NCBI GenBank assembly: GCA_945903645.1
Contig: CAMDOM010000005.1
Span: 30,493-94,492, forward strand
DNA length: 64,000 nucleotides
Direction: 5' to 3'
Origin: Chryseobacterium gleum
GTDB lineage: Bacteria > Bacteroidota > Bacteroidia > UBA10329
The position numbers were made by a program, and so were the translations under genes. The notes below the pieces were generated by a model. That model saw only the letters and a program-made list of their open reading frames with translations. It was not told where the DNA came from and did not search any database. This document shows, in pieces, positions 1-9,213 of this stretch; the stretch's first letter is position 1, and every line of letters begins with the position of its first letter.

Positions 1-1010
1 CTGGAGATGCTTATGCAGTAAAAATTTTCAACGAGAACGGAAAGGCGCAAATGACTGCCTTCGAATACTTGTCGGATGATGAGATAAAGGCAATTCTTGG
101 TTACGTAAAGAACCCACCAGTTGCTGCAGCGCCAGTAGCAGCAGTTGCCGATGGAGGTGTTGCTACACCATCATCAGAGTCGGGAACTCTTTCTGCTGAC
201 ATGCTTACTTGTATACTAGCAGGTATAGCGGTTTTGTTGTTGCTCCTTATTTCTGTCTTAAGTGGGGTTAGGCGTTCTCTAAAGAAGGTAGTAAGCGAAA
301 AAGATGTCACAGTTGAAGAGCCTGAATTGGGAACAGGAGGTTCTGTATTTGCTTGGGTGAGTGCTCATCGGGCACTAGTTGCATTCGTCAGTTTAGCGGT
401 TCTTTTGGTTCTGGCTCGGATGGGCATTCAAGATTTGCAGAAGATTGGAGTGTATCAAGGATATGCGCCAGAACAACCTATCGCTTTCTCGCACAAACTT
501 CATGCTGGTCAAAATGGCATCAACTGTGTGTATTGCCACACTTCAGCGGAGAAGGGCAAACATTCTGGGATTCCTTCGCTCAATGTGTGCATGAATTGCC
601 ATACCTACGTGCAAGAAGGTCCAAGCGGAAAAACAGAAATAGCTAAAATCTACAAGGCGCTAGACTACAATCCAGACACACAGGTTTATGGTAGCAATCC
701 AACCCCAGTGAAGTGGGTCAGGATTCATAATTTACCTGATTTGGCTTATTTTAATCACGCTCAACACGTGGTAGCTGGAAAAGTGGAGTGCCAAACGTGT
801 CATGGTGAAGTGGAGAATATGGAAGTTATGGCTCAGCACTCGGAACTTACTATGGGGTGGTGCATTGATTGTCATCGCAATACAAATGTTCAAGTGGCTG
901 ATAATGGGTATTACGAGGATTTGGATAAGCGCACACCAGCTTGGCATGATGGCAATCCAATAACGGTTGAACGCATTGGAGGATTGGAATGCGCCAAATG
1001 TCACTATTGA
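1..1010 (+). CDS. actA: Alternative complex III subunit ActA, a multihaem c-type cytochrome. The 5' end lies outside the window, and the N-terminal part looks like a fused class I cytochrome c domain.
   Basis: The reading frame of the 51..1010 ORF stays open to the window edge (GDAYAVKIFNENGKAQ precedes the first Met). There are five CxxCH motifs (CVYCH, CMNCH, CQTCH, CIDCH, CAKCH) after an Ala/Pro/Val linker and one TM helix. The gene is followed by actBCDEF in canonical order. Confidence 0.85.
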   Translation, partial: GDAYAVKIFNENGKAQMTAFEYLSDDEIKAILGYVKNPPVAAAPVAAVADGGVATPSSESGTLSADMLTCILAGIAVLLLLLISVLSGVRRSLKKVVSEKDVTVEEPELGTGGSVFAWVSAHRALVAFVSLAVLLVLARMGIQDLQKIGVYQGYAPEQPIAFSHKLHAGQNGINCVYCHTSAEKGKHSGIPSLNVCMNCHTYVQEGPSGKTEIAKIYKALDYNPDTQVYGSNPTPVKWVRIHNLPDLAYFNHAQHVVAGKVECQTCHGEVENMEVMAQHSELTMGWCIDCHRNTNVQVADNGYYEDLDKRTPAWHDGNPITVERIGGLECAKCHY

Positions 1011-1047
1011 TTAACAGGAATATTAAATTTTTGGAGCCGACTCTAAA

Positions 1048-4000
1048 ATGAGCAAAACCAAAATATACTGGAAAGGATTAGATGAGTTGCACAACACTCC
1101 TGAGTTTCAGGAGCGTGCAGCCAGTGAGTTTATACCCGAAGCCTCTGTGGAGAGTTTTGTGGAAAATAATAACCTTGACGAAGGAACAACCAAGCGTAGA
1201 GACTTCTTGAAGTACATGGGTTTCACGGTTGGTGCAGCCACCTTAGCAGCTTGCGAGACGCCTGTAAACAGATCGGTTCCTTATCTTAACAAGCCTGAGG
1301 AGATAACTCCAGGTGTTCCAAACTATTATGCTTCTACCTATTTTGATGGTTTAGACTACGCGAGTATTCTAGTGAAAACGCGTGAGGGTCGTCCTATCAA
1401 AGTGGTAGGCAATAAGAAGTCTAAGGTCACCCACGGTGCGGTTAATTCACGTATCAATTCATCTGTTCTTTCGCTTTATGATAGTGGCCGTGCAAAAGGT
1501 CCTATGAAAGGTGGAGAATCAGCAGCTTGGAATGAAGTGGACCGTGATATTATTATTGGTCTAAAGAAAGCTGCTGCCGAAGGAAAGCAAATTGTGTTGC
1601 TTACAGAGACCATTATTAGCCCTTCTACAAAGAAAGTCATAGCTGATTTTACTTTAGTATTTCCAACAGCAAAGCATGTGATGTTGGATTCGCTTTCCTA
1701 TTCAGGAACGTTGGATGCTAACTTTGAATCTTTTGGAATCCGCTCATTGGCGGACTATCAATTTGATAAGGCGGAAGTAATCGTAAGTTTTGGAGCGGAT
1801 TTTTTGGCTTCAATGCCAAATAGTGCTGCGTATTCTTACCGTTATGCGCAAATGCGCAAACCGAAGAATGGTAAAATGTCGAGGCATTTCCAGTTTGAGG
1901 CAAATATGTCACTTTCAGGAAGTAATGCAGATGTGCGCGTGGCCTTAAAGCCCTCTGAAAGTGTAAGTGCACTTGTTGCGCTCTACAATAAAGTTGCTTC
2001 GGCCACAGGCGGAACATCAATCACAGGCGGAACAGATAGCCCTGAGGTAACTAAAGCTGCTATGGAACTTTTGGCTGCTAAGGGAAAAGGTATTGTTCTT
2101 TCAGGTTCTAATAATAAAGGGGAGCAAATTCTTGTGAATGCTATCAATAGTTTGTTAGGCAATATTGGATTTACAATAGATTTGACTAATCCTCTATATC
2201 TCCGTCAAGGAAGTGATAGTGATTATGCAACTCTTGTAGAAGATATGAATGCGGGAAAAGTTGGTGCAATTCTAATTCATGGCGTTAATCCTTCCTATTC
2301 ACAGGCCAATGCAGCTAAGTTTAATAGCGGTTTGGCTAAGGTGAAATTGTCAGTGTCTTTTGCTGACCGTTTGGATGAAACTGCTACAACTGCTGCATAC
2401 CTAGCACCAGACAACAACTATTTGGAAAGCTGGAATGATGCACTTCCAAGGTCAGGTCATTATAGCTTAACTCAACCAACGATACATCCGTTGTTTGACA
2501 CACGTCAGTTTCAAGAGTCACTGCTTAAATGGAGTGGAAATGATACTACGTTTTATGCTTATATGCAACAGAACTGGCAGTCAACCGTTTATGCCGGAAG
2601 CCTAAATCCAATCTTTTCCAACTTTTTCAATACAGCGCTATTTGAAGGCTTGTTGGAGACTCCAGTTAATGCACCTGCTGCCATTGCTTTTGCTGGAGAT
2701 GTGAAGGCAGCCGCAGCAGCTCTGCCAAAGTTGAGCGGGGATATTGAACTACAGTTGTATGTGAAGGCAGGTATCGGAGATGGAGCATTAGCAAACAATC
2801 CTTGGTTGCAAGAATTGCCTGACCCAATTTCTAGGGTTACTTGGGACAATTACTTGACGATGGCTCCCAAGCAAATGCAAGAAATGGGCTTTACGCTATT
2901 GGAGCGAGGCGATTTCATGGCAGATGTAGCTGAAGTTTCTGCAAATGGTGTAACTGTAAAAGTTCCTGTGTATCCTTCTCCAGGTCAGAAGTATGGAACA
3001 GTTGGTCTTGCTTTGGGTTATGGTCGAACGGCCGCAGGAAAATGTGGCAATGGAGTTGGGGTGAATGCATTTCCTTTTGTTAATGGAGGTCTTTGGTCTG
3101 TTTCCAATGTTACGGTTACCTCAACAGGCGAAAAATTTGAAATAGCACAACTTCAAACTCATCACACCATGATGGGGCGTGATGGTATTTTGAAGGAGAC
3201 GACATTTGAGGAATACTCCAAAAATCCAAAAGCTGGCAATCCTGACTTATTGTATTATCTAAGCAGTGCTCCTAGCCAAATGCGAAAGATGGCGGAGAAA
3301 GAAGCAGGACATGGTGCGGAAGCCGCTCATGGTCATGCGGCAGAAGGTCATACCGCGAAAGGTCACGGTGAGCATGGTGCCGAGGGAGGAGCTCATGAAT
3401 CTGAAAACTATATGGTGCCAGCAGATAAGGCTAACCTATGGGCGGATCATCCAGTTAAGAGCGGACACAGGTGGGGAATGACCATCGACTTGAATAAATG
3501 TATTGGTTGCGGAGCATGCGTTACTGCATGTGGCGCTGAGAATAACGTCCCAGTAGTTGGTAAAGAAGAAGTACGCAGAGGTCGCGATATGCATTGGTTG
3601 CGTATTGACCGCTACTACACTTCGGACATGACCGAAGAGCGTGCTGAAGCCGAAGGTATCGGTGCGATTGACAAGTTTACATTAATGGAGGCTGCTGCCG
3701 AGGCACCTCGTGTGGCCTACCAGCCGTTAATGTGTCAGCATTGCAATCACGCTCCTTGCGAAACAGTTTGCCCTGTTGCTGCTACTACACACAGCAACGA
3801 AGGAATGAACCAAATGACATATAACCGGTGCATTGGAACTCGCTATTGCGCGAATAATTGCCCGTACAAAGTGCGTAGGTTCAATTGGTTCCAGTATTAC
3901 AATGGAAGTAAAGAATTCGCTACCAATCCTTCAGGAGATGAGTTGGGTCGCATGGTTTTGAATCCAGATGTGGTGGTTCGCGAACGTGGAGTTATGGAGA

Positions 4001-4269
4001 AATGTAGCTTCTGCGTTCAAGGAATTCAGGCCGCTAAATTGAAAGCAAAAAAGGCTGGTCGCAAGGTGCAAGATGACGATGTGCAAAGCGCTTGTGCAGA
4101 GGCTTGTCCGACCCATGCTATTGCGTTTGGAGATTTGAACGACACAGAAAGTAAAGTGGCAGAAAAGGCTGCAGACGAGCGCAGCTACAATTTGCTAGAA
4201 GAAGTAGGAACACAGCCAAATGTGTACTATCTCACCAAAGTGCGGAACTTATTTGCTAACGAAGCTTAA
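1048..4269 (+). CDS. actB: Alternative complex III subunit ActB. It combines a Tat-exported molybdopterin-oxidoreductase-like domain with a 4Fe-4S ferredoxin-like domain.
   Basis: A twin-arginine motif (KRRDFLKYMGF) is present. The C-terminal half carries Cys clusters CIGCGACVTAC, CQHCNHAPCETVCP, CIGTRYCANNCP, CSFC and CAEACP. Size is 1073 aa and the gene sits between actA and actC. Confidence 0.9.
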   Translation: MSKTKIYWKGLDELHNTPEFQERAASEFIPEASVESFVENNNLDEGTTKRRDFLKYMGFTVGAATLAACETPVNRSVPYLNKPEEITPGVPNYYASTYFDGLDYASILVKTREGRPIKVVGNKKSKVTHGAVNSRINSSVLSLYDSGRAKGPMKGGESAAWNEVDRDIIIGLKKAAAEGKQIVLLTETIISPSTKKVIADFTLVFPTAKHVMLDSLSYSGTLDANFESFGIRSLADYQFDKAEVIVSFGADFLASMPNSAAYSYRYAQMRKPKNGKMSRHFQFEANMSLSGSNADVRVALKPSESVSALVALYNKVASATGGTSITGGTDSPEVTKAAMELLAAKGKGIVLSGSNNKGEQILVNAINSLLGNIGFTIDLTNPLYLRQGSDSDYATLVEDMNAGKVGAILIHGVNPSYSQANAAKFNSGLAKVKLSVSFADRLDETATTAAYLAPDNNYLESWNDALPRSGHYSLTQPTIHPLFDTRQFQESLLKWSGNDTTFYAYMQQNWQSTVYAGSLNPIFSNFFNTALFEGLLETPVNAPAAIAFAGDVKAAAAALPKLSGDIELQLYVKAGIGDGALANNPWLQELPDPISRVTWDNYLTMAPKQMQEMGFTLLERGDFMADVAEVSANGVTVKVPVYPSPGQKYGTVGLALGYGRTAAGKCGNGVGVNAFPFVNGGLWSVSNVTVTSTGEKFEIAQLQTHHTMMGRDGILKETTFEEYSKNPKAGNPDLLYYLSSAPSQMRKMAEKEAGHGAEAAHGHAAEGHTAKGHGEHGAEGGAHESENYMVPADKANLWADHPVKSGHRWGMTIDLNKCIGCGACVTACGAENNVPVVGKEEVRRGRDMHWLRIDRYYTSDMTEERAEAEGIGAIDKFTLMEAAAEAPRVAYQPLMCQHCNHAPCETVCPVAATTHSNEGMNQMTYNRCIGTRYCANNCPYKVRRFNWFQYYNGSKEFATNPSGDELGRMVLNPDVVVRERGVMEKCSFCVQGIQAAKLKAKKAGRKVQDDDVQSACAEACPTHAIAFGDLNDTESKVAEKAADERSYNLLEEVGTQPNVYYLTKVRNLFANEA

Positions 4270-4311
4270 GCTATGAGAGCAGCTCAAGTAATAATTGATA
4301 AACAATTTTAG

Positions 4312-5691
4312 ATGGCGAGTCACGAAGCTGCAATACGCGAACCACTGATTCTGAATGATAAGACCTATCATCAGATTTCTGAGGATATCGCTCGGCCTAT
4401 CGAGGGTACAGCGAATCGGTCGTGGTGGATTTTATTCACTATTTCTGTTATTGCTATGCTCTGGGGTGTTGGATGCATTATGTATACGATTGGTGTAGGT
4501 ATAGGCACTTGGGGACTTAACAAAACGGTAGAATGGGCTTGGGACATCACCAACTTCGTTTGGTGGGTAGGTATTGGTCACGCAGGTACTCTTATTTCTG
4601 CGGTTCTATTGCTTTTCCGTCAAAAATGGAGAATGGCGATTAACCGCTCTGCTGAGGCAATGACCATCTTCGCGGTAATCTGCGCTGCATTGTTCCCAGG
4701 CATACACATGGGTCGGATTTGGATGGCCTACTGGGTACTTCCTCTTCCAAACCAATTTGGTTCGTTGTGGGTCAACTTCAACTCACCGCTTCTTTGGGAC
4801 GTATTCGCAATTTCGACATACTTCTCGGTGTCATTGGTGTTTTGGTACATCGGATTGATTCCTGACTTTGCAACTATCCGCGACCGTGCAACGGCTGCAT
4901 CCAAACCCATTCGTGAAGCTATTTATGGTATTATGTCTTTTGGTTGGAGCGGAAATGCTCGTGCATGGCATCGTTTCGAGGAAATTTCTCTAGTTCTTGC
5001 GGGTATTGCAACTCCTTTGGTATTGTCGGTTCACACCATTGTATCCATGGACTTTGCAACTTCGGTAATTCCGGGTTGGCACACTACCATTTTCCCACCA
5101 TACTTTGTTGCTGGAGCTATTTTCTCAGGTTTCGCCATGGTGCAAACCCTGATGTTGGTGATGCGCAAAGTGGTAAGTTTGGAGGCATACATTACCATCA
5201 ACCACGTGGAATTGATGAATAAGGTAATCACACTTACAGGGTCTATTGTAGGTGTAGCCTATATTACAGAATTGTTTATTGCTTGGTATTCAGGTGTTGA
5301 ATATGAGCAGTACGCGTTCCTTAATCGTGCTACTGGTCCATATTGGTGGGCATATTGGGCAATGATGAGTTGCAACGTAATTACGCCACAGGTATTTTGG
5401 TTCCGCAAGGTGCGCAGAAGCATTTGGTTAACCTTCGTAATTTCCATTTTCGTAAACATTGGTATGTGGTTCGAACGTTTTGTGATTATCGTTACCTCGT
5501 TGCACCGTGACTACTTGCCATCAAGTTGGATTATGTTCTATCCATCATGGGTTGATATAGGAATCTTTATTGGTACGCTCGGCATATTTGGAACGTTATT
5601 CTTGTTGTATGCACGCACGTTCCCCGTGTTGCCTATTGCCGAGGTTAAGTCCATCTTGAAATCATCAGGTTCACAATACAAGAATCATTAA
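4312..5691 (+). CDS. actC: Alternative complex III subunit ActC, an NrfD/PsrC-like polytopic quinol-interacting membrane subunit.
   Basis: The 459-aa product is highly hydrophobic with about 10 predicted helices and is Trp-rich. Its operon position directly follows actB. Confidence 0.85.
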   Translation: MASHEAAIREPLILNDKTYHQISEDIARPIEGTANRSWWILFTISVIAMLWGVGCIMYTIGVGIGTWGLNKTVEWAWDITNFVWWVGIGHAGTLISAVLLLFRQKWRMAINRSAEAMTIFAVICAALFPGIHMGRIWMAYWVLPLPNQFGSLWVNFNSPLLWDVFAISTYFSVSLVFWYIGLIPDFATIRDRATAASKPIREAIYGIMSFGWSGNARAWHRFEEISLVLAGIATPLVLSVHTIVSMDFATSVIPGWHTTIFPPYFVAGAIFSGFAMVQTLMLVMRKVVSLEAYITINHVELMNKVITLTGSIVGVAYITELFIAWYSGVEYEQYAFLNRATGPYWWAYWAMMSCNVITPQVFWFRKVRRSIWLTFVISIFVNIGMWFERFVIIVTSLHRDYLPSSWIMFYPSWVDIGIFIGTLGIFGTLFLLYARTFPVLPIAEVKSILKSSGSQYKNH

Positions 5692-5703
5692 GTCTATATA
5701 CGG

Positions 5704-6234
5704 ATGAGCCATCACAAGGAGATACACGGTCTATTCGGTGACGAAGAAGTGTTGCTAAAGGCCGCCAAGAAATTGGTGGCAAAAGGTGTGCACATTAACG
5801 ATGTCTTTTCGCCATTTCCAATTCATGGAATTGACCCAGTAATTGGGGTACCACATACACGCCTTCACATTGCAGGTTTTATCTACGGCTTAGTTGGCTT
5901 GAGTTTAGCCCTGTTTATGTTTTGGTTCACCAGTATTTTGGATTGGCCGATGAACATTGGGGGTAAACCAAACTTCTCGTTGCTTGAAAATCTTCCGGCA
6001 TTTATTCCTATCACATTCGAGATGACAGTGTTTTGTGCTGCCCATGGCATGGCGGTCACCTACATGTTGAGAAATGGTATTTATCCAGGAAAAAAGAACT
6101 GGAATCCAGATATCAGAACAACGGACGACAAGTTTTTGATATTGATAAATATGGAAGAGAATCATGGCGTTAGTGCAGAGGAGATTAAATCGATTCTGAA
6201 AGAAAACGGTGTGGAAGAAATCTCTGAAAAGTAA
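5704..6234 (+). CDS. actD: Alternative complex III subunit ActD (DUF3341-type).
   Basis: 176 aa with a soluble N-terminal part followed by two hydrophobic helices. Position in the act operon supports the call. Confidence 0.75.
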   Translation: MSHHKEIHGLFGDEEVLLKAAKKLVAKGVHINDVFSPFPIHGIDPVIGVPHTRLHIAGFIYGLVGLSLALFMFWFTSILDWPMNIGGKPNFSLLENLPAFIPITFEMTVFCAAHGMAVTYMLRNGIYPGKKNWNPDIRTTDDKFLILINMEENHGVSAEEIKSILKENGVEEISEK

Positions 6235-6264
6235 TTGGTACACACCTGCAAGTTTTACACAAGG

Positions 6265-6861
6265 ATGAACAAGGCATTCAATTATAATCTCACATTATTG
6301 GCCTCTGCATTAGCTGCTGGGGTGGTGGTGATGAGTTCTTGCACCAAGGATCCCTTAAGTCCGGGGGTGGAATACATGCCCGATATGTATCGTTCGCCAT
6401 CGTATGAGACCTATTCTGTGAATGCGTTATTCGCTGACAGCAGCACCGCTCGTAAGCCCGTAGCTGGTACTATTACTCAAGGCGAATGGCCTCACGAGGG
6501 AAGTTTAATTAACGCACTGCCTTATGCGAGGCTAAACACACCAGAAGAGTATGCTGCTGCTGCAGCCGACAAAAGTCCGTTGGATTCTAGCGCTGTTTAT
6601 GCAGAAAAAGGCAAAGTCATTTTCGAAAAGATGTGTATGCACTGTCATGGTGAAAAAGGTGCGGGAGATGGAAAGCTTATTGCAACAGGAAAATATCCTC
6701 CTCCGCCAGCGTATAATGGTTCACTAAAGGGACTAGAAGAGGGCAAAATGTTCTTTACAATCACGTATGGTAAAGGGCTTATGGGTCCTCATGCATCACA
6801 ATTGAGTAAGGAGGATCGTTGGAATGTAATCCGATACGTACAAGAGTTACAGAAGCTCTAA
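6265..6861 (+). CDS. actE: Alternative complex III subunit ActE, a monohaem cytochrome c lipoprotein.
   Basis: I prefer the ATG at 6265 over the TTG at 6235. The signal peptide ends in a lipobox-like VVMSSC, and there is a single CMHCH haem motif. Operon position fits. Confidence 0.8.
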   Translation: MNKAFNYNLTLLASALAAGVVVMSSCTKDPLSPGVEYMPDMYRSPSYETYSVNALFADSSTARKPVAGTITQGEWPHEGSLINALPYARLNTPEEYAAAAADKSPLDSSAVYAEKGKVIFEKMCMHCHGEKGAGDGKLIATGKYPPPPAYNGSLKGLEEGKMFFTITYGKGLMGPHASQLSKEDRWNVIRYVQELQKL

Positions 6862-6886
6862 TTGGCAATCTGATAAAAAGACACAA

Positions 6887-8080
6887 ATGGATTATAAGGT
6901 TAAATCGAGCACTAGAAATCTGACATTGGGACTTGCCCTGTTAGGTGTTCTTGCTGTGGTTTATGGGGTAATGACCCATATACCGGGACAACGAATTTGG
7001 GCAAATGTGTTAGTCAATTCCTATTTCTTTCTGGGTATTTCGGTGGTTGGAACACTTTGGATGGCGGTGCAATATGTGGCCGAGGCGGGCTGGTCGTCTG
7101 GTTTGAAAAGAGTTCCAGAGGCCATGGCTCAGTTTATCCCTATTCCAGGGGCTTTGCTTTTGTTGGTTATCATTGGAGGTCACCCAAGTTTGCATTGGCA
7201 TCACCTATATCATTGGATGGATCCAGCACTTACCGATTCTACTAGTGATCACTTCGATGCCATTATTGCCGGAAAGTCTGCTTATTTGAACTTCAATTTC
7301 TTCTTTGGAAGAGCTTTGATTTATATTCTAGGTTGGATTGCTTTCACCTATTTCTTTCGCAAAGCTTCGCTCAGGGAAGATGCTGAGGCTGGAATGACCT
7401 ATTACAAGAAAAGTTTGACCATTGGCGCGATGTTCTTGGTGTTCTACGGAGTTTCATCTTCCATGTCTGCTTGGGATTGGATGATGAGCATTGACACTCA
7501 CTGGTTTAGCACCTTGTTTGGCTGGTACAATTTCGCAACTATGTGGGTATCGGGCATCGCTATGATGGCCATGATTACCGTGTCGTTGAAGCGAAATGGT
7601 TACATGGAGCACATAAACAACGACCATCTGCACGATTTGGGTAAGTTTATGTTTGCGTTCTCTATTTTTTGGACGTACCTATGGTTCTCGCAGTTTATGT
7701 TGATATGGTATTCCAACATCCCAGAGGAGGTAACTTATTTCATGGATCGTTGGGAGAATTACCGTGCAGTATGGTTTGCACTCCCAGTCATAAACTTTCT
7801 TCTGCCCATTCTTGTTTTAATGGACAGGGAGGCGAAGCGTAGTTTCAACATGATTACAATTGCAGGGGTGTTAATCGTTTTCGGGCATTGGTTGGATGTA
7901 TTTCAAATGGTAATGCCGGGTTCGGTTAAGGACGAGTGGGGTATGGGGCCACTGGAAATTGGAATGTTCTTGGGATTTCTTGGAGCTTTCCTTTTTGTAA
8001 CGCACAATGCCTTGAGTAAGGCTTCTTTGGTAGCTAAGAATCACCCATTTTTGGATGAGGCAGCTCACCATCACGTATAA
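6887..8080 (+). CDS. actF: Alternative complex III subunit ActF, a second polytopic membrane subunit.
   Basis: 397-aa polytopic membrane protein immediately after actE. Confidence 0.75.
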   Translation: MDYKVKSSTRNLTLGLALLGVLAVVYGVMTHIPGQRIWANVLVNSYFFLGISVVGTLWMAVQYVAEAGWSSGLKRVPEAMAQFIPIPGALLLLVIIGGHPSLHWHHLYHWMDPALTDSTSDHFDAIIAGKSAYLNFNFFFGRALIYILGWIAFTYFFRKASLREDAEAGMTYYKKSLTIGAMFLVFYGVSSSMSAWDWMMSIDTHWFSTLFGWYNFATMWVSGIAMMAMITVSLKRNGYMEHINNDHLHDLGKFMFAFSIFWTYLWFSQFMLIWYSNIPEEVTYFMDRWENYRAVWFALPVINFLLPILVLMDREAKRSFNMITIAGVLIVFGHWLDVFQMVMPGSVKDEWGMGPLEIGMFLGFLGAFLFVTHNALSKASLVAKNHPFLDEAAHHHV

Positions 8081-8117
8081 TTTGCACTACAAGCCTACAA
8101 CAGACAAGAACTGAGAA

Positions 8118-9164
8118 ATGGTTAATCTGCTTATTGCAATAGTTATCATCCTTGCCATCTTAGTGTTGGCGCGTGTGATTCATGTATTTGAATTGGGGTC
8201 TAAACTTCGAGGCGAAGACCCATCCACTATAACCGAGAGTGACAACCGCACGCAAGCTACGTTGCTTGTTTTGGGCGGTATTGCATTTATGGTTTATGTG
8301 TTCTACCAAATTTTTTGGGGACCTGAAATTCTCCCAGAGGCTGCCTCTGAGCATGGAGTGAAAACAGATTTCCTTCTTGGTTTGAGTTTTGTAATAATAC
8401 TTCCTGTATTTTTTATTACCCACATTCTCCTTATATATTTTGGCTACAAATACTTCTACCGCAAAAGCCACAAGTCAGATTTCTTTGCGCATAGCACTAA
8501 ACTTGAGGCTATTTGGACAATCATTCCAACGATTGTACTTTCATCGTTAATCATTTACGGTATTGGTACATGGAATGAAATTACCAGCGATGCTCCTGAA
8601 GAAGCGATTATAGTGGAGTTGTATGCCAAACAATTTGACTGGACCGCTCGTTATGCTGGTGCTGACAATCAATTGGGTGCATCGGGATACCGCTTGATAG
8701 AAGGTGCAAATACCTTAGGACTTGATACCACCGATGCTGCTACGCAGGACGATAAAGTGGTGAGAGGAGAGTTCCACCTTCCAATTGGAAAATCGGTTGT
8801 GTTTAAATTCCATAGCCGCGATGTGTTGCATAGCGCCTACATGCCTCACTTCCGCGCTCAAATGAACTGTGTGCCCGGTATGACCACCCAGTTTCACTTT
8901 GTGCCTACAATTACTTCGGCAGAAATGAAAGCGAAAACTGGAAATCCTGCATTTGAGTATATCCTGTTGTGCAACAAGATTTGTGGCGCTGCTCACAATA
9001 ACATGCAGATGAATATTATAGTAGAGTCGGAAGCGGATTTCAACGCATGGTTGGCGAAGCAAAAAACAGTTGGTGAGCAGAACACTGTTGTTGAAGCAGC
9101 TCCTGCCGATTCGCTAACTGTGACAGCTTTACCAGTTGATAGTGCTGCCACAGCGAAGCTTTAA
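8118..9164 (+). CDS. ctaC: Cytochrome c oxidase subunit II. It has a CuA domain and no fused cytochrome c domain.
   Basis: N-terminal TM helices are followed by the CuA ligand pattern HSAYMPHF ... CNKICGAAHNNM (C-x3-C-x3-H-x2-M). No CxxCH motif is present. Confidence 0.85.
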   Translation: MVNLLIAIVIILAILVLARVIHVFELGSKLRGEDPSTITESDNRTQATLLVLGGIAFMVYVFYQIFWGPEILPEAASEHGVKTDFLLGLSFVIILPVFFITHILLIYFGYKYFYRKSHKSDFFAHSTKLEAIWTIIPTIVLSSLIIYGIGTWNEITSDAPEEAIIVELYAKQFDWTARYAGADNQLGASGYRLIEGANTLGLDTTDAATQDDKVVRGEFHLPIGKSVVFKFHSRDVLHSAYMPHFRAQMNCVPGMTTQFHFVPTITSAEMKAKTGNPAFEYILLCNKICGAAHNNMQMNIIVESEADFNAWLAKQKTVGEQNTVVEAAPADSLTVTALPVDSAATAKL

Positions 9165-9213
9165 CACTCCCATTTTAATCGAATAGCATACCCAGAGCAA
9201 AAGAATTAAGAAG

